The notes: generated from the letters alone by a model not told the origin. A stretch of 64,000 nucleotides of DNA from an uncultured delta proteobacterium (GCA_963792965.1 CAWBYW010000010.1:1-64000); one strand, 5' to 3'; shown: positions 1 to 11,602, counted from the first letter of the stretch. Numbers and translations are program-made.

Positions 1-689
1 TCTCGAATCGGTCGGCCTCCCGCGCCAGATTGTTTCTTACCATATAATCTGCGGCCATGCCGAACGACGTGCAGCTGTCCAGGGGCACCTCGCATTTCTT
101 CTCCCCTAAATGGAGCTTCTCGTGGCGGCACGAGCAATAGCCGATAGAGAACTTATCGTTTTGTCTTATGATAGCCGTTGCCCTCTCGTAGTCCAGGACT
201 TCAACGTAGTCCGAAGGCTCGATCACCTCTTCGTGAGGGACTGCCCTCATCCGTGCAAGTTGCTGCCCCCGGCCGTAGTTTGCGGGCAGAGGCCCGTCTT
301 CGCTTAACAGATACCGCGAAAAGAGGCGTGACAATTCCTTGAACTCTACCCCCTTGCCTCTTCTCATCATGGCGAGCTCGAAGATCCCGATGATCAGAGG
401 GAAATCGAGTAATAGTACGTATCGTTAATAGAAAGGTCCATGACAAGGCCCTTTGAGCAAAGCTGCTCGAGGCTCTTTCTTAACCTCGGCTCATCGTACC
501 CGTTATCTCGGCAATCCTCCCGAGGGTCTGCAGGCCATAGGGCATCTTGATAATGAGCTCGGCCTCTTCGGGGGTATAGAGCTCTTTCAAAATGGAATAA
601 AACTCCTCGTTCATCGGTGTGCGCATCTCCAGCCTGTCGATCTTTGTGCCGAGCCTCGTAAAGATATCTTTTCCAACTATGTGTCCCAT
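1..689 (-). CDS. 4Fe-4S cluster-binding protein, N-terminal part (frameshifted, runs off the window edge)
   Basis: ORF 480..689 (ILKELYTPEEAELIIKMP) resembles the N-terminus of deltaproteobacterial 4Fe-4S dicluster proteins. The reverse complement of 1-160 reads KFSIGYCSCRHEKLHLGEKKCEVPLDSCTSFGMAADYMVRNNLARE, the expected Cys-rich continuation. Confidence 0.7.
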
Positions 690-900
690 GACAAAACCTC
701 GCTAATAGTTTGTTTGTTATCGTGCATCCTCACTTCCTTTCTTACCTCAGTGGATCTCCCTGTATCTCATGTGTTTTTCTAAAGGGGCTTCCAGAGTCTT
801 GGGAACGTGGGCTAAATATTTCCCTTCTCCATTTTGGCAAGCTCCATCGCCCTGCATCGGAAGTCAGTCACGGCAGCGACGAGGTCATCGACGACCCTTT

Positions 901-2596
901 CTATTGCTCTCGCAGCCTTTTCTTATCTACCTTCCCCACGGCCGTGAGCGGGAGCTGATCCCGATCGAACTCGATACCTAGGACCTCGTAGAGGGTGAGC
1001 TGCTCCTTCGCGAAGCTCGTGATGTCTCTCTTAAGGCGTATTTTTGTCGTTTCCGCTATGTCCGGCCTGAGTTGGACGAACGCCTTGGCATATCGGATCC
1101 GGGCCGCTCCGGATCGGACCCCGACGGTCGCGACCATATCGATCGCGGATGCCGGATGAGCGACGTCCTCCACCTTAACCGAGAAGACCTTGAACCCGCT
1201 GATGTTGATCATGTCCTTGGTGCGGTAGACCAGCGTGACAGAAACCGTCCTCGTCCTGACCGCGACGTCGCCGGTATGCATGTATCCGTCGGCGTCGAAG
1301 GCGTTCTTCGTCTCCTCCGGCTTCTTGTAGTATCCCACCGTCACCACAGGGCCCTTGACCCATAGCTCGCCGGCTTCTCCCACCCCGACCTCGTTGCCGT
1401 TAGCCGGATCAACCAGCTTCAGTATCGATGTTGAACATTGGCAGGCCGATGGTGCCGAGCTTCTTGTTTCCTTTAGATGGGTTACATGTAATCGCCGGCG
1501 ATGTCTCGGACATCCCATAACCTCCAGGAGTTTGCCCGTGCCGATTATTCTCTCTAGTGATCTTCTGGAGATTCTTCGGGGAACGGGGAGGCCGCCGAGA
1601 GGCAGACATTTAAGGCTCGAGTGATCGAGCGTTTTAAATTTCGGGTTCGCCATGAGCAGTTGGTAGAGGGACGGAACGTTGTGCGATAAATCGGCCGGTA
1701 TTTCCGGATCTCCTCGTATGTGTCTTGGTGTCCCGGGGATTTGGGACCAGGACTTGCGTCCGCCCCAGATAAGGGCATTGACGCTGAAGAGAGCCCTGCA
1801 ATATGAAAGAAGGGAAATCCCCCAGGAGCCCGATTCCATGCCTGTCCGGAACTTTGCCCCACCCTCCATCGATAATCAGGGAATTCGAAAGTATATCTTG
1901 ATGGGTCAGCATCGCGCCCTTCGGCATCCCGGTGGTGCCGCCAGTGTACTGGATATAGGCGACATCATCGGGCGCGATTTTGATGCCGGGGTCCCCGTCG
2001 GAGAATGCCGTTTTTTTATCACATCCATCCATCGGTAGACGGTCTTACCCTCGAGGGGCGTGACCTTCCCCTTCGGGAACTTTTTCCGAGGACTTTCCCA
2101 GCGCCCTCTTGAATCCCGGCAGGAACCCGCCGATGCTCGCGGCGACCACGAGCTTGAGCTCCAGGCAGCGTATTCGCTATCTCGCTTAACCGGCCGGCAA
2201 AGATGGCGTCCAGCGTGACCAGGCCCTTCGCGTTGCAATCCGAGCTGGTATTCCATCTCCTCTGCGGAAAGGAGCGGAGATACCCCGGAGACCACGCACC
2301 CGGCCTTGAGGGCGCCGAGCCATGCGATAACGTACTCGGGGATGTTCGGCAGGTTTATTCCCACCAGGTCACCCTTCCTGAACCCGTTCTTGATCAGCAT
2401 GTCGGCAAAGCGGTTGGCGTACCTATCGAGCTCGCATTCGTGATCTCGGTACCCACGTAGGCCAACGCCGTCTTATCGGGAAAACTCTCGAGGGTCGGTT
2501 TGACAGCGTCGACTATGCTGAATCTCAAAATCCGAGGGTCAAGATCGGCCAGCCCCTCGTCCCATGATTTCTTCCAGTATTTTCTCGTTTTGGCAT
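901..2596 (-). CDS. long-chain fatty acid--CoA ligase / AMP-binding enzyme (several frameshifts)
   Basis: Fragments in different frames carry [31 protein letters not shown] (AMP-binding loop), [13 protein letters not shown] and [19 protein letters not shown] before ATG at 2596. Confidence 0.85.
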
Positions 2597-2935
2597 AGGT
2601 CACCTCCCTACGGAAAAAAAAAAATAGGTGATTCCGAAGAGCCAAGCTGCGGCAGATAATACTTGCACCGGTCCGGTAAGGAATCAAGCCGGTAAATTGT
2701 TTAGAGAAGTGTTTAAATTTGGAACGGACTCGATAGGAACGATGGTTAATTTAAGAGATAAGGCGTTTAATAAATAAGGCTAAATAGATGAGTTGAATAT
2801 CTTTCTCATTGAAAGGGTGGCCATCCAAGAGTCTGGGCGTTAGCCCCCCTTTTTCCCCATCTCCCTCCTAATAGTAAGACGTTGAATATTTTATTGATAC
2901 ACTAACCAGCATAACAAATCAAGATAAATATGCAT

Positions 2936-2945
2936 TTGTATACAT
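2936..2945. promoter_or_regulatory. candidate GntR-family operator (TTGTATACAT)
   Basis: 9/10 match to the TTGTATACAA palindrome also found at 30823-30832, in an AT-rich divergent intergenic region. Confidence 0.35.
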
Positions 2946-3151
2946 AATACATTACGAAAAAAAGATCAATTATCAGGAGATGAAGGAGCTCACCTCATCA
3001 CATCTTCGGTGATCAGTATCCGCGAGCCTCGAGGAGTGAGCGGTTCATCACGCGGATTCCGTCTCGTATCACAGATCCGGCTCTTTCTTTTTGTTGACTC
3101 CTCGGGCCATTCCTGATATCCTAAAAATTCATATAAAGACATCGAGAGGGA

Positions 3152-3865
3152 GTGGTCGTGGGACGGTTTGTCAAGGTGGTTTTCTTCGTCGTAGTATCGG
3201 CCGCGCTGGTATCTCTTATCGGAGCGCCGGCGCGCGCCGCCGATGTCGTGGCCGACTCAAACCGGAGTATCGAGCTGACGGCCCAGGCCCTCGTCGCAGA
3301 AAAGGGAGAGGCGCGGACCTTTGCCTACGGCCCGATCGTCGACGATCAAAACAACCGGAGCGTATTCCGGGTGCCGGCCATGATTGCCGACATCACGGGG
3401 CTGAAATTCGTCCCCCTGGCGATCATCCAGCAGCACGGCGGGGATGTCGCCCTCTACGCCGCGATCAGCGGCCTCTCGGACAAGCTCCCCAGGAAGAGCG
3501 AGGCGCAGGCCTTGTTGGCCCGGAGGCAGCTCATCTATTTCGAGCGGCCCTACTACGAAAACTATTTCAGAAATTTCCCAAAGGATGACCCGGTCGCCTT
3601 CTCAAACGCCGTGGCACGCGAGGTGTGGGAGGGCTTCAAGGCCGAGTACGGAGACCTCTCTTCGACGGACCCGAAGGTCCTCGCCGATAGATTCCCGGAG
3701 GCCGCCGACGTGGCCCGGATCATCCATGTCGACCTTGTTCCGATCGCGGGGATCAGGGCCGTGGGCGGCATATCCGGGCTGAACGAATTGCTCATCCTTC
3801 TTCCCGACGATCTTCCCGGCAAGGACGATGCGATCAAGGCCCTCTCTAAGGCAAAGAAGCCGTAG
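3152..3865 (+). CDS. hypothetical exported protein
   Basis: Intact 237 aa ORF with an RBS-like GAGGGA and a signal-peptide-like N-terminus (hydrophobic stretch, then PARA-A). No family recognised. Confidence 0.7.
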   Translation: MVVGRFVKVVFFVVVSAALVSLIGAPARAADVVADSNRSIELTAQALVAEKGEARTFAYGPIVDDQNNRSVFRVPAMIADITGLKFVPLAIIQQHGGDVALYAAISGLSDKLPRKSEAQALLARRQLIYFERPYYENYFRNFPKDDPVAFSNAVAREVWEGFKAEYGDLSSTDPKVLADRFPEAADVARIIHVDLVPIAGIRAVGGISGLNELLILLPDDLPGKDDAIKALSKAKKP

Positions 3866-3914
3866 CTCTCGTCGAGCATTTGGTGGCACTATCGTTGTGA
3901 GAATCTGACACGAG

Positions 3915-6910
3915 ATGGCACATAGAATTGAAGTAGGGCTTATCCCGGGTTTTCGGGACGCCCACGGAGAAAAGACGGCAAAGAGGATCCGAGAGGATCT
4001 CGCAATCGACGTGACCGGTGTCGACACGATCCACGTCTTTATCATCGATGCGGACCTTGCCGGTGAGGAGCTGAAAACGGTTGCCGAGAACCTCCTGGTC
4101 GACCCCGTTATCCAGAGTAGCACGATCGATAGTCCGCTGGCTCGCGCGGGCACGTTTGACTTCGCCATAGAAGTGGGGTATCTCCCCGGGGTCACCGATA
4201 ACGTCGGCAGGACCGCACGGGAAGGGATATCCCTCATCTTTCCGGGGAGGCTCGTCCCACAACAGAAGGTCTACACCTCCATCCAGTATCTGATCCGGGG
4301 CGCGATCGATCGGCCGGCCGCAGAACGGATCGCCACGGGCCTGTTAGGAAACCCACTCATCCAGCGGTTCGATATCCTCGACCATAAGACCTTCATCGCC
4401 CGGGGTGGCGTTGCGCCATACGTGCCGAAGGTGAGCGGCCGCCACGACGCCACCGTGACCGAGATCGATCTGGGCGTCTCCGACGAGGCCCTCATGCGCA
4501 TCAGCCGGGAAGGGGTGCTGGCGCTCTCGCTTGAGGAGATGAAGACGATCCAGGCCTACATCAAGGAAGAGGCCAAAACAGCGGATCGCAAGAAAGTCGG
4601 GCTGGGGCAACAGATCACCGATGTCGAGCTTGAGGTGATCGCGCAGACCTGGTCGGAACACTGCAAGCACAAGATATTCAGCGCCCTCATCGATTACGAG
4701 AACGAGGACGGAGGCGTCGAGCACATCGAGAGCCTCTTTGACACCTATATCAAGGGGGCGACCGGAAAGGATCAGGGAGGCCAAGGGGAAAGGTGACTTC
4801 TGCCTCTCGGTTTTCAAAGACAACGCCGGAGTTATCTCGTTCACCGAGGACTGCCAACCTCGTCTTCAAGGTGGAGACCCACAACAGCCCCTCGGCCCTC
4901 GACCCGTACGGCGGCGCGCTGACCGGCATCGTGGGGGTCAACCGCGACCCGTTCGGGACGGGGATGGGCTCCCGGCTCATCTTCAACACCGACGTCTTCT
5001 GCTTTGCCGATCCCGTTCTACCGGGGTGACATCCCGCCGAGGCTCCTCCACCCCAAGCGGGTCTATGAGGGCGTCCGGGAGGGGGTGGAACACGGGGGCA
5101 ACAAGAGCGGCATCCCGACCGTCAACGGCTCCATCGTCTTCGACGATCGATTTCTCGGAAAGCCGCTGGTCTATTGCGGCACCGGCGGAATCATGCCCAA
5201 GACGGTCAACGGACGGCCCGCCCATCTGAAGAAGGCCGAGCCGGGCGACCTGATCGTCATGACCGGTGGGCGCATCGGCAAGGACGGTATCCACGGCGCA
5301 ACCTTCTCGTCGGAGGAGCTCCACGAGGGATCGCCGGCGACCGCCGTCCAGATCGGCGACCCGATCACCCAGAAGAGAGATGACGGACATGCTGCTGGTC
5401 GCCCGGGACCGGGGGCTTTACAACTCCATTACGGACAACGGCGCCGGCGGGCTGTCCTCCTCGGTCGGCGAGATGGCGCGAGACACCGGCGGCGCGCTCC
5501 TCGATCTCGAGCGGGCGCCCCTCAAGTACGAGGGGCTGCGCCCCGTGGGAGATTCTCCTTTCGGAGGCGCAGGAGCGAATGACGCTGGCGGTGCCGACCA
5601 GAGAAGATCGATGAATTCATGAGACTCGCCGAGCAGATGGACGTCGAAGCGACGCTGCTCGGGGAGTTCACGACGACCGGCAGGTTCCACGTCTTCTTCG
5701 AAGGTAAGACGGTCGCCTACCTCGATATGGAGTTCCTCCACGAGAAAAACCCGTCTATGCGGCTTTCCGCCCGGTGGCGGCGGCCGATCAACCGGGAACG
5801 AGACCTTCGACTGCCCGGACGAACCTGAGCGGCGCGCTGCTTGCGATGCTGGGCCGGCTCAACATTGCCAGCAAGGAGTCGGTGGTGCGTCAGTACGACC
5901 ACGAGGTGCAGGGCGACAGCGTCATAAAGCCGCTCGTCGGCCGGCACGGCGTCGGCCCGATCGGACGCCGCGGTCATCCGCCCGGTCCTTGATCGGTACG
6001 AAGGGGTGGTGATCGCCCACGGCATCTGCCCGAAATACTCCGACATCGATGCGTATCATATGGCGCAGTGCGCGGTGGACGAGGCCGTCAGAAACGCCGT
6101 CGCAGTCGGCGGCAACGTCGACTATATGGCGGGGCTGGACAACTTCTGCTGGTGCGATCCCGTGCAGTCCGAGAAGACCCCGGACGGCGATTATAAGCTT
6201 GCCCAGCTCGTGCGGGCCAACCGGGGCGCTTTACGACATCACGATCGCCTACGGCATCCCCTTGATCTCGGGCAAAGACAGCATGAAGAACGACTATATG
6301 ATCGGCGACACGAAGATATCGATCCCGCCCACGATCCTTTTTTCGGTGATGGGGAAGATCGACGACGTGCGGCGAGCCGTCACCATGGACGTCAAGCGGC
6401 CCGGGGACTTCGTCTACGTCCTCGGTGTGACAAAAGACGAGCTCGGTGGTTCGGAATATCTTGCCGCGAGGGGACTCGTCGGCAACTCCGTGCCGACGGT
6501 CGATATAACGGGGAATCTGAGACGCTATCGGGCGCTCTTTCGCGCCGTGGGAGAGCACGTCGTGGCGTCGGCCCATGACGTCTCGGACGGGGGTCTGGGG
6601 GTTTCGCTTGCCGAGGTGGCGCTTGCCGGAGACCTCGGCATCGAGGTCGGCCTCGCCGGGGTCCCGCGTGAAGGGATCACGAGGGAAGACGGGATCCTCT
6701 TTTCCGAGTCCGCAGGGTCGCTTCGTCGTGACGGTACGGCCCGAGCATGCTCAGAGGTTCGAAGAGATCATGGCGGGCACGGTGTGCGACCGGGTTGGTC
6801 TTGTGACGGGTGAGCGCCGGATCCTCGTAAAAGGGCTTTCGGGGAAGGTCGTCATCGACCTGCCTATCGACGAGGTGCGTGATGCGTGGCGGCGGCCGCT
6901 GATGTTCTAA
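3915..6910 (+). CDS. purL: phosphoribosylformylglycinamidine synthase PurL (about 10 frameshifts)
   Basis: Motifs [89 protein letters not shown] and AHDVSDGGL occur in order across frames. Confidence 0.95.
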
Positions 6911-6996
6911 GAGTGTCGTTCCAAATCGAAACTGTTTTGGGACCCGGGAGGAGCTGAAAAGACTGACTCCGGGTTATCCGATTTATTTGAGATACT

Positions 6997-7825
6997 ATGA
7001 AACGTTCCGTGCGCGCAATCACCATTTCCGGCAACGGAATCAACTGCGAGATCGAAACGGCCTTCGCCTTCACCATGGCGGGGGCGGAGGTCTCCGATAT
7101 CGTCCACATCAGCCGAATCGTCACGGGAGAGGTGCGGCTTGACGACTATCATATCCTGGCGCTGGCCGGCGGGTTTCCTGGATGGGGACGACCTGGGCGC
7201 CGGCAAAGCGATGGCAAACCGGGTGAAGTTCGCCACGATCGGCGGCACCGGAGAGCGGCTTGTTGATTCGCTGTTGCGTTTCGTCGGCGAGAAGAAGCTC
7301 GTCATCGGCATCTGCAACGGCTTTCAGCTGATGGTCAAGATCGGGCTGTTGCCGGCCCTCGGGGGCGGCTACGGCGTTCAGACGGTCACCATCACCAACA
7401 ACGACTCCGGGCGCTTCGAGGATCGCTGGGTAACACTTGTCGCGAACCCGAAATCTCCGTCGGTCTTCACGAGGGGGATGGAAACGATCGAGCTTCCCGT
7501 ACGCCACGGGGAGGGGAAGTTCGTGGCCGGCCCTGATATCCTGGACGAAATGGAGAAGAAAAACCTCGTGACCTTCCGCTATGCCGACGCCTCCGGCGGC
7601 CCCACCATGGCGTATCCTGAAAACCCCAACGGCTCGCTGTCGTCGATCGCGGGGATCACCGACGAGACGGGACGCCTCATGGCGCTCATGCCGCACCCGG
7701 AGGGGTATCTCGTGGGGGTCCAGCACCCGTATTGGACGCGGAAGAACGATCAGGTGCCGGATGAGGGTAAAGGGCTGGCTATCTTCAAGAATGCGGTGGG
7801 CTATGTGCGTGAGAGCCTCGTGTGA
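6997..7825 (+). CDS. purQ: FGAM synthase glutaminase subunit PurQ (frameshift near 7170)
   Basis: GNGINCE, GGF.DGDDLGAG, GICNGFQ, PVRHGEGKF and LMPHPE motifs; directly follows purL. Confidence 0.93.
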
Positions 7826-8054
7826 AGGCGGACTGTTTGCCTCGTCGGATCGGGACGGTCCCGGTCGGGAAAGGGGCAGGGAAGACGGTCGAGAGACGGC
7901 ATGATGCGGATGTTGGTGGGGAGCTTTCGTCATTATTTCAATACCGGCCACGTTAAATTCTTGACAAATTTCATTTTTCGTGTTTAATTGTAATTTTATG
8001 CTTTTTTGAAATAATCGTGCGTAGACGCACCCGAAGGGATAAAGGTGAAGTACC

Positions 8055-8189
8055 ATGAAAAGAACCTATCAACCCAGTAGGCTGAAGCGGAAAAGAAACC
8101 ACGGATTCTTAAAGAGAATGAGCAGCCCGGGCGGGCGAAACGTGCTCCGCCGCAGGAGGGCCAAGGGGAGAAAGCGCCTGTCCGTCTGA
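8055..8189 (+). CDS. rpmH: 50S ribosomal protein L34
   Basis: Manual translation gives [44 protein letters not shown]. Too short for the ORF track. Confidence 0.98.
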   Translation: MKRTYQPSRLKRKRNHGFLKRMSSPGGRNVLRRRRAKGRKRLSV

Positions 8190-8563
8190 TTGGACAGACC
8201 AGTCCTGACGACAGGGACCGCCCCTTTTTCGGAGACCTTACCCGTCCAATCCAGAGGGTTGGGCGTCATCATGACCGGTATCCGGACAGCAGGGTCGTGT
8301 CGGACCATGGGCGGGCCACGTGCTCGCCGGCGTCCCACCATTTGTTTCTTATCCTCATCTTCCTGTTTACCTTTCCTCAGTGGACGCGAGGGGCTTTTCT
8401 AAGAAGGGGCGCATGGTTCTCAAAATGGATCTCGCGTTTGACTGATATGACGTCTTTACCATACTCCTCCCATGAGCGGCCCGTTGGGCGCATAGGGGGC
8501 CGGGTATCCTTCTTTCGAGCGACCGGTGAAACCGCGCGCTCACCCGAGCCGGTCGAGCGACAC

Positions 8564-8950
8564 GTGGAAAGACCAACCTTCAAAAAGAAGGACCGCATTA
8601 CAGCCAAGGGAGATTTCGATCGGCTCAGGAGGAGCGGGATTCGACTTGCCGACGGCACTCTTGCCGTCGTCATCCTTCCTACCCTGAACGGTTTCTCGCG
8701 GCTCGGGATCAGCGTCCCGAAGAGGATCGGGGGGGCCGTCGTCAGAAACAGGCTCAAGCGGCTCATCCGGGAGGTCTTTCGGCTCCACAGGGACGGTCTG
8801 CCCTCCTCGGCGGATCTCCTGGTCATCGTTAGAAAGATGCCCGAGCGCATGACCTATGGTGAGCTATCCGATCGAATCCTGTCGCTTGTAAAAAGATATC
8901 ACGGGCCCGACGAGGAGGAAGGGTCCGTCCGGGGACCCGAAGCCGGATGA
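8564..8950 (+). CDS. rnpA: ribonuclease P protein component
   Basis: RLGISVPKRIGGAVVRNRLKRLIREVFR (RNR motif). GTG at 8564 chosen by expected family length; the frame is open further upstream (track start 8297). Confidence 0.92.
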   Translation: MERPTFKKKDRITAKGDFDRLRRSGIRLADGTLAVVILPTLNGFSRLGISVPKRIGGAVVRNRLKRLIREVFRLHRDGLPSSADLLVIVRKMPERMTYGELSDRILSLVKRYHGPDEEEGSVRGPEAG

Positions 8951-9167
8951 GCCCGAGGCTTTCGGGAGGGACGCGAGCGAATTGAACGGCAGAGTATATG
9001 GTTATTGCGTACCGTACTGAATATCAAATAGAAGAAATGATATCCCCGCGCACTTCTCGGAGGGCGCACCGGCGGCTGTCGGCGCCAGCGGACTTGTCCG
9101 AGGAGAAAAGTACGCGCGGACGCTCTCGTCCAATCGTTTCGAAACAAAATCGGAGGCCCCACGTATA

Positions 9168-10820
9168 ATGGATAGGAAAACGGTCATTGCCATCGCGCTT
9201 TCTTTTCTCATACTGGTCGTCTGGCAGCTCTTTTTTGTCAAAACGCCCCCGAAACCGGTTCATCCCGCGGTGAACCCAACGCCCGAGGCAAAGGTCGAAG
9301 AGCCGGCCGCCAAACGCTCGATTCCTGCCGTAAAGGAGGACCTCGCCGTCATCCCTAAGGAGACGGTTCCTGCCACGACGGAAGCGATTGTCGGGCGCGA
9401 CATCACGGTGGAGACCCCGCTCTATCGGGCGTTGATCACCACCGCGGGGGGAAGGATCGAGAGCTTTTCCCTGATGCAATACAAAGAGACCATCAGTGAT
9501 AACTCTCCGCCCGTCGACCTGGTCAGTAAAGATCTCAAGAAGCTCTGGCCTGAGGTCACGTTCGACACGCCAATCGGCAGCTTCAGCGATGAGGTCGTCT
9601 ATGACACCGACAAGGTGGACAAGATCGTCCTGGACGGCACCCGACCGAGGAAGCTCGTCCTGTCCTGGGTCGGAAAAGAGTTTAAGGTGGTGAAGACCTA
9701 CACCTTCGATCCCAAATCATATGCCGTTGGGTTCGAGGTCGCCGTCACCAATCTCTCGGACGAGGCCGTCACCGGAGACATGAGCATCTCCCTCTTCGAT
9801 CGTCCCGACACGCTCATAAAGAAATCACGGAGCATTTTCAACATGTTCGGCAGGTATACCTACCCGGCCAACTATCTGGTCTTCGTTGACAATTCTCTGA
9901 AAAAGGGGGCGGCGTCAAGGGTGACGGCGGATAAGGAGACGTCGATCCAGGGTACCGTTACCTGGTTCGGGTTTGACAGCAAATACTTTCTCACGGCGCT
10001 CATCACCAAGGACCTGAAAGGCTCGGCGATGGAGATCAAGAGGTCCGATGAGAGCACCGTCTCCGGCGTCTTCCAAATGGGCGATCTCTCATTTCCGTCT
10101 CATGAAGAGCTGAAGAAAGAGGCGTCCCTCTACCTCGGCCCCAAGCAGGCGGCTCCGATGGAGCAGGTGGGCAATTCACTGGCCTCGGCGATCGATTACG
10201 GCTTTTTCGCCTTCCTCTCGATTCCGCTTGTCTGGCTCTTGAAGTTCTTCTATTCGATCGTCAAGAACTACGGGGTGGCCATCATTATCCTTACCGTCGT
10301 GGTGAGGATCGTTCTCTATCCCTTTACCCACAAATCGATGAAGTCGATGAAGGAGATGCAGAAGCTCCAGCCGTTGATCTTAGAGCTGAGGGAGAAGTAC
10401 AAGAACGACCGTGAGAAGATGAACCAGGAGGTGATGCGCCTCTACCAGACCCATAAGATCAATCCCCTTGGCGGATGTCTGCCGCTCCTCTTGCAGCTTC
10501 CGGTCTTCATCGCCCTGTACAAGGCGCTCTATGTCGCTATAGAGCTGAGGCACTCGCCGTTCATCTTCTGGATCAAGGATCTCTCGGAGATGGACCCCTA
10601 CTACATCACCCCTATTATCATGGGTGCGTCATATTTTGCGCAACAGAAGCTGACGCCGACCAGCATGGACCCCACGCAGCAGAAGATCATGTTGCTCATG
10701 CCCGTCATATTCACGGTGATCTTCCTCAACCTGCCGGCGGGGCTTGTGCTCTACTTCTTTGTCAGCAACCTCCTTTCGATCGCCCAGCAGTTTTATATTA
10801 ACAAGGTTGTGAAGGATTAA
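9168..10820 (+). CDS. yidC: membrane protein insertase YidC
   Basis: N-terminal TM, periplasmic domain, NYGVAIIILT, NPLGGCLPLLLQLP, PAGLVLY. Confidence 0.97.
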   Translation: MDRKTVIAIALSFLILVVWQLFFVKTPPKPVHPAVNPTPEAKVEEPAAKRSIPAVKEDLAVIPKETVPATTEAIVGRDITVETPLYRALITTAGGRIESFSLMQYKETISDNSPPVDLVSKDLKKLWPEVTFDTPIGSFSDEVVYDTDKVDKIVLDGTRPRKLVLSWVGKEFKVVKTYTFDPKSYAVGFEVAVTNLSDEAVTGDMSISLFDRPDTLIKKSRSIFNMFGRYTYPANYLVFVDNSLKKGAASRVTADKETSIQGTVTWFGFDSKYFLTALITKDLKGSAMEIKRSDESTVSGVFQMGDLSFPSHEELKKEASLYLGPKQAAPMEQVGNSLASAIDYGFFAFLSIPLVWLLKFFYSIVKNYGVAIIILTVVVRIVLYPFTHKSMKSMKEMQKLQPLILELREKYKNDREKMNQEVMRLYQTHKINPLGGCLPLLLQLPVFIALYKALYVAIELRHSPFIFWIKDLSEMDPYYITPIIMGASYFAQQKLTPTSMDPTQQKIMLLMPVIFTVIFLNLPAGLVLYFFVSNLLSIAQQFYINKVVKD

Positions 10821-10829
10821 GGTTTTCCT

Positions 10830-11474
10830 ATGGAGAACATTACTCAATCGGAAATAATCGTCGAGGGCAATGATCTCGAAGATGCGTTGAGTTCCGCCGC
10901 CGATCAGCTCGGCGTCGATCGGCTCAACCTTGAGTACCGCGTCGTCGAGTCGGACGCCGGCGGAATCTTCGGGATCTTCAAGAAGAAGCGGATCACCATC
11001 AAGGCGTGGCGGCGCTCGGCCGCCGCGGCGCTCGGGGAGGCCGACGAATTCCTCTCGGGGATCCTCGAGCGGATGGGGATCACGGCCAGAATCGCCGGCC
11101 GGGAGACTCCCGACGGGCTCATCCTCACCATCGAGGGGGACTCCGACGGGCTGGTCATCGGCAGAAACGGTCAGACGCTGGATGCCCTCCAGTACATCGT
11201 CAACCGATACATGCAGCGCGATCAGAACCGAAGGATCCGGGTCATCCTCGATAGCGAGGGATACCGAAAGAAGCGGGAACAGGCCATCAGGCGGATAGCC
11301 CAGGCGATCGCCAAGAAAGTAAGGCGAACCGGAAGGCCCGTTGCCGCGCAGCCGATGGACTCGGGCGAGAGGCGTCTCTTTCACCTGGCGCTGAAGGAGG
11401 ACCGGGAGCTCCGGACGGAAAGCCGGGGTGAGGGCGATAAGAGGAAAGTGATCGTCTACCCCGTGAAGCGATGA
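10830..11474 (+). CDS. jag: Jag/EloR (KhpB) RNA-binding protein (Jag_N, KH, R3H)
   Basis: LVIGRNGQTLDALQY (KH) and ERRLFH (R3H); canonical position after yidC. Confidence 0.93.
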   Translation: MENITQSEIIVEGNDLEDALSSAADQLGVDRLNLEYRVVESDAGGIFGIFKKKRITIKAWRRSAAAALGEADEFLSGILERMGITARIAGRETPDGLILTIEGDSDGLVIGRNGQTLDALQYIVNRYMQRDQNRRIRVILDSEGYRKKREQAIRRIAQAIAKKVRRTGRPVAAQPMDSGERRLFHLALKEDRELRTESRGEGDKRKVIVYPVKR

Positions 11475-11505
11475 GGCGCACAGATGATTTACCTGTCCTG
11501 ATAAG

Positions 11506-11530
11506 AGCCCCTTTTAGTGAAAGGGGCTTT
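11506..11530 (+). terminator. hairpin, probable terminator or attenuator between jag and mnmE
   Basis: AGCCCCTTT-TAGTG-AAAGGGGCT followed by TTCTATTT. Confidence 0.5.
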
Positions 11531-11602
11531 CTATTTGGGCGTGCGGGGAAGGCCTCTCCGGTCATATCTGAAGAATCATGGGTCTCGGGAACGGAGAGAA
11601 AG

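Noticed and set aside
2690-2970. AT-rich tract as possible oriC
   Set aside because: No DnaA boxes (TTATCCACA) seen and no dnaA/dnaN; consistent with a divergent promoter region.
2990-3095. Purine/ZTP riboswitch upstream of the purL region
   Set aside because: Hairpins are present but none of the conserved aptamer cores I know could be matched.
3915-6910. Programmed frameshifting or split purL subunits
   Set aside because: Shifts are too numerous, fall inside conserved domains and lack slippery-site structure; error is the simpler explanation.
8190-8563. RNase P RNA (rnpB) next to rnpA
   Set aside because: The size fits, but the conserved GAGGAAAGTCC and AAACCCGGCTTA-like P4 segments were not found on either strand.
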